A DNA stretch of 59,021 nucleotides, filler included, from Circinaria calcarea (Eukaryota), in NCBI GenBank assembly GCA_051942165.1. It is 5 parts of 5 records of this genome, joined end to end, with 100 filler letters (N's around TTAATTAATTAA, not from the genome) between each part and the next. Parts side by side here need not be neighbours in the genome. Positions count along the whole stretch, not along the records: positions 47,303 to 59,021 come from JAVECS010000656.1; 4 more parts are not named here. One strand, written 5' to 3'. How positions within the stretch are numbered: the stretch's first letter is position 1; the number at the start of each line of letters is the position of its first letter. The translations under genes and the position numbers were made by a program. This document shows positions 53,170-59,021 of this stretch, in pieces. A model generated the notes under the pieces. It worked only from the letters and a program-made list of their open reading frames with translations. It was not told the origin of the DNA and made no database searches.

Positions 53170-55242
53170 CTATCCCCAGGCAACAGGTGCTCTGGACTGT
53201 GCCATATCCGGATCTCTGTTTAATGCTCGTCTAGACCTTCCTTCTGTATGTCCAAGTCCTCTAAATCCCAGTTCCTCGACAATTTCCAGCGAATGTGTTC
53301 GTTGATTTCGATAAACTTTCGAGATTACCTTCCGAGCACACTCTTTCCATGTAATTGGGAGCATTTGACCAGCCTGGAATCGGACCAACAGCCACCAAGT
53401 AAACAACGTGCCTGCTGTTAAGGGAACAGAAATGGCAGCAAACAGCCATGCATTAGATAATACGACGACCTTAGTTAATTGTCCCTCCGTTTGCTGCTTT
53501 ACGAATTGTGTGGAAAAGAAATTCTGCAATTAGCTTAATCAGTACAGCATATCCAGTTAATAAAGTGCGTGGGTGACTGACAGATACCACTGTTGCGGGC
53601 AGATATACTAATGTGATAACTGTGAGAACTTTCACAGCAGCAGCATCTTGTGTACTTTTCTCTGTTAGTCCCCGCATCGCGACATTATCCTTCCGGGCTT
53701 CCTCCGCAAGTCGCTGGAGAGAGTAACCACTGCCGAGGCTTAGGATGTCGGAAAGCTAAATCACCGGCTTAGTGGTCTCCACAATGTAACGGGAGTCACG
53801 GTACCTTACTAAACTGATTGTTCCTTGAATCTTTGTGTGTAATGCTTCTACTTTCTTTTTGCTGAGGTGAGCCTCTTGTTGCTTCTCGCGAAGAGCCAAT
53901 TGAATCGGTTCAAGTTCAATGTCTGTAAGATCTTTCAAAGGACCATCAAAGTCACGGCAGAACTGCCTATGCTTCTCGATCATAGAAGCAATCGTATCTA
54001 AAGTAGAATCGAGTACCACGATAATACTAACAACCTGATCTTGGAAGTCCTTGAGTTCCTGGCGCTTTTCACTGTCTAAAGAATTCACTACGCTTCTTTC
54101 GTCTATAGAAGCGACTAGGATTCGATCAGACTATACCATGGTGAGCTTGACGTTCATTATCCGCTTGAAAATCATATGCGTACTTGTTCTGTGATCTTTT
54201 CGCTAAGATCAACAATATATGGCCTCCAATTGGCTAATGCCGTGTCTAGTATAATGAGATGAATCTCAAAAGGGTTGAGCGTAGCTAGGCTGTCAGAGCT
54301 CTTGATGTATCTATCTAAATGAAGCTGGGCACTTGTGGAGGCTGCAATAAGAACCCATGTAGAAGACTGCTGGTCTAACCTGTACTTGTGATACACGGCA
54401 GTTTGCCGTACAGACCAGGGCTTGCTCTCCTCTCGGTGATTTAGCTCGACATATCTCAAGGCATACGCACATTCTGAATCAGTCAGCAATGACTCCATAC
54501 GAACCAGGGCGGAATAGTACCAAAGCCAGTACAGGTTGTACGTTCACTGTTATCAATAGCCGCCACTAGTCGTCTGAACCGCATTTGTGGAGGTCCAACC
54601 TCACTTTCACCACATTTCGCCCCAAAAAGCAGGACAAACTCTCTAAATCGATGAAGTATAGAGAATTCAGACATCAAAGTTTCAAAAAGCTCCCTTGTTA
54701 CATAGAGACGACTATAGGTGTGTCGTTGGCGTATAAAACTATATCATGAGCTGCTAAAACACAGAGCATGTTTAAAATAGAGACAGAACAGTACCTACCA
54801 CATTCGGAAGCTGCGTTTGGATACCTCAACGTCGGAAGTGAAGTCAGCTCTGTGATCCTATACCACATACACACAATCTCACCTCTGCTATTTGCCTCAG
54901 CTCCTTGGGATCAGATATCTCATGGAGCTTCAGTCCGGGGGCCCCCACATAACGTGGTGGATCTGACCGTAAATAGTGGCTTTGGTCAATGGCTAATTCG
55001 GGCTCTCTAGGAGATGAACACGTCGATCCGGCTTCTGCTTCTGGAATCAAGTCCCATTTCGAATGACTTGGTCTTGTTCCAAACCGCAGATGGCCCGATG
55101 CCGGTGGCTGGATGTAGATTTCGACGAATGAACAATCCTTGTCGACCTGGAATAGTTTGCTCGACTTCTCCTCGTAGGATTGGTCAGTGGCAGGACTTTG
55201 ATTGTAGAATAGTATCTGGTCAAAATACGGGGAAGTCTTCAT
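53170..55242 (-). CDS. Fungal CorA-like domain membrane protein (multi-exon)
   Basis: Spliced FIRQRHTYSRLYVTRELFETLM..FVLLFG, ECAYALRYVELNHR..PWSVRQTAVYHKY, HLIILDTALANWRPYI, a coiled coil, then two C-terminal TM helices (DAAAVKVLTVITLVYLPATVVS|NFFSTQFV and WLFAAISVPLTAGTLFTWW). The 5' end is uncertain. Confidence 0.82.
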
Positions 55243-56596
55243 AGCGCAGACATGAGTCGTTCAGCACATGAGCCTTGAAGAAGTCCTGATCACTGTCCTT
55301 AAGGCTCGATCATTGACACGGCGTAGCTGTTAAAAAGACCTCGAGAGGCTCTTTTGCGGCCCAATACATCAGGGCTTCTCCAAACTTAGGATTGCATTGG
55401 TTGGACGCGGAAGAAGATGTCGCCATACGCCAGAGAGTAGGTTGCCTATTGCTCTATACCATTTTAGTAGTTAGGTACTGGCTTGTTGTACCTCGATCGA
55501 CGTACAATGTCAAGGTTCCTTGGTCTTGTCCTTGACGGGACTAGCCGGAGGGTGCCCGACAAGGCCGACCAACAAACATGTCACGCCACTAAGGTCCGGG
55601 ACTGCACGACTTGTAGCCTCGTTGTCATATGTGCCTCAGCCTGATATTCAACCAGCTTTCTCCTGCCGTTCATCATTCAAGGCCACCTACATCGACCTTG
55701 TCTACAGCCTGATTTCGAAATGGCGGTGCAGCAAATTATCGAAGACCGCTACATTGATCGGTACCGCCTGCTAGCCTTACTCGCCGAAAGGTTTGCTACA
55801 GGTACCTACTCCGCAGTGGTGTGTAGAACCCATTTCCTACCGTAACGATTTGCCCGACTCCTTCCGAGTAAGAGGAAGATAGTAAGCGCTCGCTACTTTG
55901 GACGGCCAGAAGGGGGGGCCGTTAAGTATTTCTGAAGTTTCTAGGCGTCTATTTCCATATTGGATATCAGGCAATGGAACTTTGGAAATACATAATCGAT
56001 GCCGAAGCGGAATCTCCTGCGCTTCAGGAGCCCATCTCTACAAGCCTGGCTGACACCCGCCTTTTTTCAACAGTGGAAACTTAATAGATGGATCATCATC
56101 GCCCCGGAAGCATTAACTGAGGTAAATATGTTGTCTTACCATCCTCCCTCAGTCTTACAATCATCCTTCCTGCCCCATTCCCAAGGCCTCCATCCCACTT
56201 CCGCTCTACCCGCTTAACAAGACCCTCAACGTAGGCAGAGCTTGACAGCCTCACCATTTAACCAACCAAAAAGAAAAGTCGAAAATGCAAGCTTAACCTG
56301 ACAAATCTACATTCGTTAGGCGGAGATCGAGAGCGTTGAGATCCCGATCCTTATTCAACGGTGACGGTGGTCGCAGGAAGGGTGGGGAAAAGAGTCTAAG
56401 AAGAGACATCAGGCTCGTGTGATGGTGGAGATTATTTGGACGGCCTTGGTGAGGTTACAAGGCAATCTTACAGCCTGACGGTTAGCAACTGAGATCATGG
56501 GGCATTTATCACTTAACTGATTGGTCTGATAACAATCAGGTTCTGAGTACATGAATGTCCTATCTTCTATAGATAGTACAGATTGCCAGCTTGCGC

Positions 56597-59021
56597 TCAA
56601 TACTCGTCCGAATCATCGTCGTCATCGTCTGGAATCAAGGCTCTGTACCTCCTCGCCGCCAAGTCACCTTCCACACCCCCTTCGGACTCGGGATCTACAT
56701 ACCCTATACGTCAGATTAGTCTTTTTCCTCTACAACCATCGTAGGAAACTGTCGACTCACCCTCCCCCCCAAGTAGACTCAATGCTACTGGTAAGAATAT
56801 CAAAGCATGTGTGGCCGCAAACGCCACCAATGCCAGCCAGATCCTAAAGTAGTACACCTCGAAGATCTTACTCCGCGTAAATGCCAAGACGCACACGCCG
56901 AGTAACTTCGTAATCGTGATGCCGCTGAACACGCTGCCGCCCACGTTCACCAATGCTGCCCAAGCCCTTGCATCTCTTCCCCGGAACTGATGCTTTGCCT
57001 TTTCCAACACACTCCGACTAGGGAACATGAAAGCCCGGGCGATGTGCGCGCAAAACTCAACGCTAATACCCACGCAGATCACCAGATTAACCAAGGAAAC
57101 AGCATTCAGAGAGACGCCCGCAAGAGCCATCGTGCCAATGATATCCGTGACAGTCATGACGACGGTAATCATCACAACAGCGCCTGTGGCCAATGAGCCA
57201 AGCAGCAGAGATGTGATAAAGAGGATAAGCACCAGCGCCGCGCCGAGGAGATTGCCGGTGAGATTCACAATATTGGCGTATTGGTCGAAGAAGATATAAA
57301 ATTTCGAATAAGGGAAAGCAGTTATCTGCTGCTCTCTGCTGATGTCATCGGCTATCCTTCGAGCCGAGGCGTAGGCTGAGATGAAGTCTTCTTGGCTGCG
57401 GAGTGGAGTGTGGCTTGTGCGGAAGTGACTGGCGGGGATTGTGGTGCGGTTAGTGTCGACTACAACTGCATTGCTGTAGGGAGCTTTGCCGCCAAGCAGA
57501 CAGTTTTCATCTGTTGGAGTATCTAACCATTTCTTCACGTAATGAATAAATTCTTCACCTTCGGGCATGCCGTATAGTGAGACACTCCAAGGGGGATCTC
57601 TACCTTCAAAGCAGGTCTTGCCATTCGAAATGCAGCAGGCATCATTGGTGGGATTCAGATAGTAGAAGAAATCATCGATCCAACTGGCCGTCGAGCCTGA
57701 GATATAGGAGACGTCTGATCGTTTAGATTCTTGCTCCAGTACGTTTGCCATTGAAAATGTGTTGCAAGTTGTGAACCGCCCGCAAAGTTCTTGCTGATGC
57801 TTTCTCGCGGTAACGTTTACGTCTCTGGTAACAAAGTAAACAGGCGGGCCGGTATCAAAGTAGTCATAGAGGTCATCAAAGTAAGGGATGAGGTACGAGT
57901 CGGCAGGAATGGCAATCCTCTGATCGAGGCCCAGGGCCACCTCAGGGGTGAGCGAAAGTCCAGCAGCGAAGAGTCCTATGAACCCCACCAGGATGGCTAC
58001 CTTCATCTTACGCCCAAGTAACGCTGGGGCGTACGTCTTGCGAATGAATCGTTGAATAATACCTTCATCTTCGACTCCGTAGGCGGAACCCCCATGGGCA
58101 TTTGCCCCATTCGCCTTCTTCACTTTAATGAAGGGAAAGCAATCTACTCGGTTACTTTCCACCCGCTTTTGATTCAGAGCCAAGACCGATACAAACATTG
58201 TGACTTGTAGTAAGGCGTTGATGAGAACCGCCCCGGCAGCATATATGGCAAAATTTCTAACGGCAGGCATTCCGACAAATATGCCCAAGGCGAATGCAAC
58301 AGTCTCAGTAGATGCCGAAAGTAATATACTTGGTCCCATTCGGCCCAGTGCTTTCGCAATCCTAGTGTCGATCTCCTCGTCCGGATGGACTAGATTGACC
58401 CGCTCGAATTCATGGACAATTAGGAAGATGTTATCAACACCTACGGCCAATACAAGGAAAGGAATGACTTCGGCAATGATTAGAGTGACTTTGACGCCTG
58501 CAGCCGAGAAGAGTCCTACAGATGCCGAAACAGACATCAGCACAATGACTATACCGCTGACCCCTAGAGAGAATTTGGACTGGACCAATGCACTGGCTGG
58601 ATTGTTGAGCAGTGATCTCACAGATAGTGTTGCGGATCCAAGCGCAATCGAAACATAGAGGAACATGACGATATAGCTAATCACCACTATCTTTGCATCT
58701 GTGTTTGTGGATTTGCTAAGTTCTTCTTCCAGGCTGATCTCGGTGGAGTATGATAGCCTTAGGCCTTTCTCTTTTGCTTCTTGTTGGACCAACCTGAGAA
58801 GGTGCTGGAAGGCCACTTCCCACATCATCGCCCTTGTCTCTCCTTCGGAACCTTGAGGATGATTGTTGACTACCCATGTTACAACCAGAGCTTGGGAGTC
58901 GAGTACATTGCCGCTATCTTCCCAGCCACCAAGAATGATACGCTTGTCCACAGGCTGCTGGAAATCGGGAAGACATTCAACCTTCCCAGGCGACTCTGAG
59001 CAGTACAGAAGCTTTTCCTGC
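56597..59021 (-). CDS. NCR1: Niemann-Pick C1-like sterol transporter (5' part outside window)
   Basis: Sterol-sensing domain IAEVIPFLVLAVGVDNIFLIV, GPPVYFV, the Cys-rich luminal loop, SLVNLVICVGISVEFCAHI and GSVFSGITITKL. The last intron is followed by GYVDPESEG..DSDEY*. Confidence 0.96.

Overview
Intron-rich ascomycete (Pezizomycotina) nuclear DNA. A lichen-forming or related lineage is plausible from the accessory proteins, but that is inference. The window is not one continuous locus. It consists of five segments (11731, 11726, 11723, 11722 and 11719 bp, in descending size) joined by identical 100-bp N44-TTAATTAATTAA-N44 linkers, so adjacency across linkers carries no meaning. Housekeeping or conserved genes are a WDR44/Dgr2-like WD40 protein, OHCU decarboxylase, an ADF-H/PH-like protein, a CAMK-group kinase, eIF3j, enolase, Rpt4, GH47 mannosidase, eIF1A, an Msb1-like protein, a DUF676 lipase, inositol monophosphatase, an RBR E3 ligase and NPC1/Ncr1. 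The most interesting accessory elements are: (i) a head-to-head pair of Cys-rich effector-like genes, one FOLD/SIX-like Kex2-processed secreted protein and one tandem KP4/Ecp2-like protein; (ii) a tandem CorA-like membrane protein plus atypical kinase; (iii) a HeLo-like N-terminal domain protein; (iv) an intronless bacterial-type FAD/Rieske oxidoreductase. No tRNA, rRNA, CRISPR or intact transposon was recognised.
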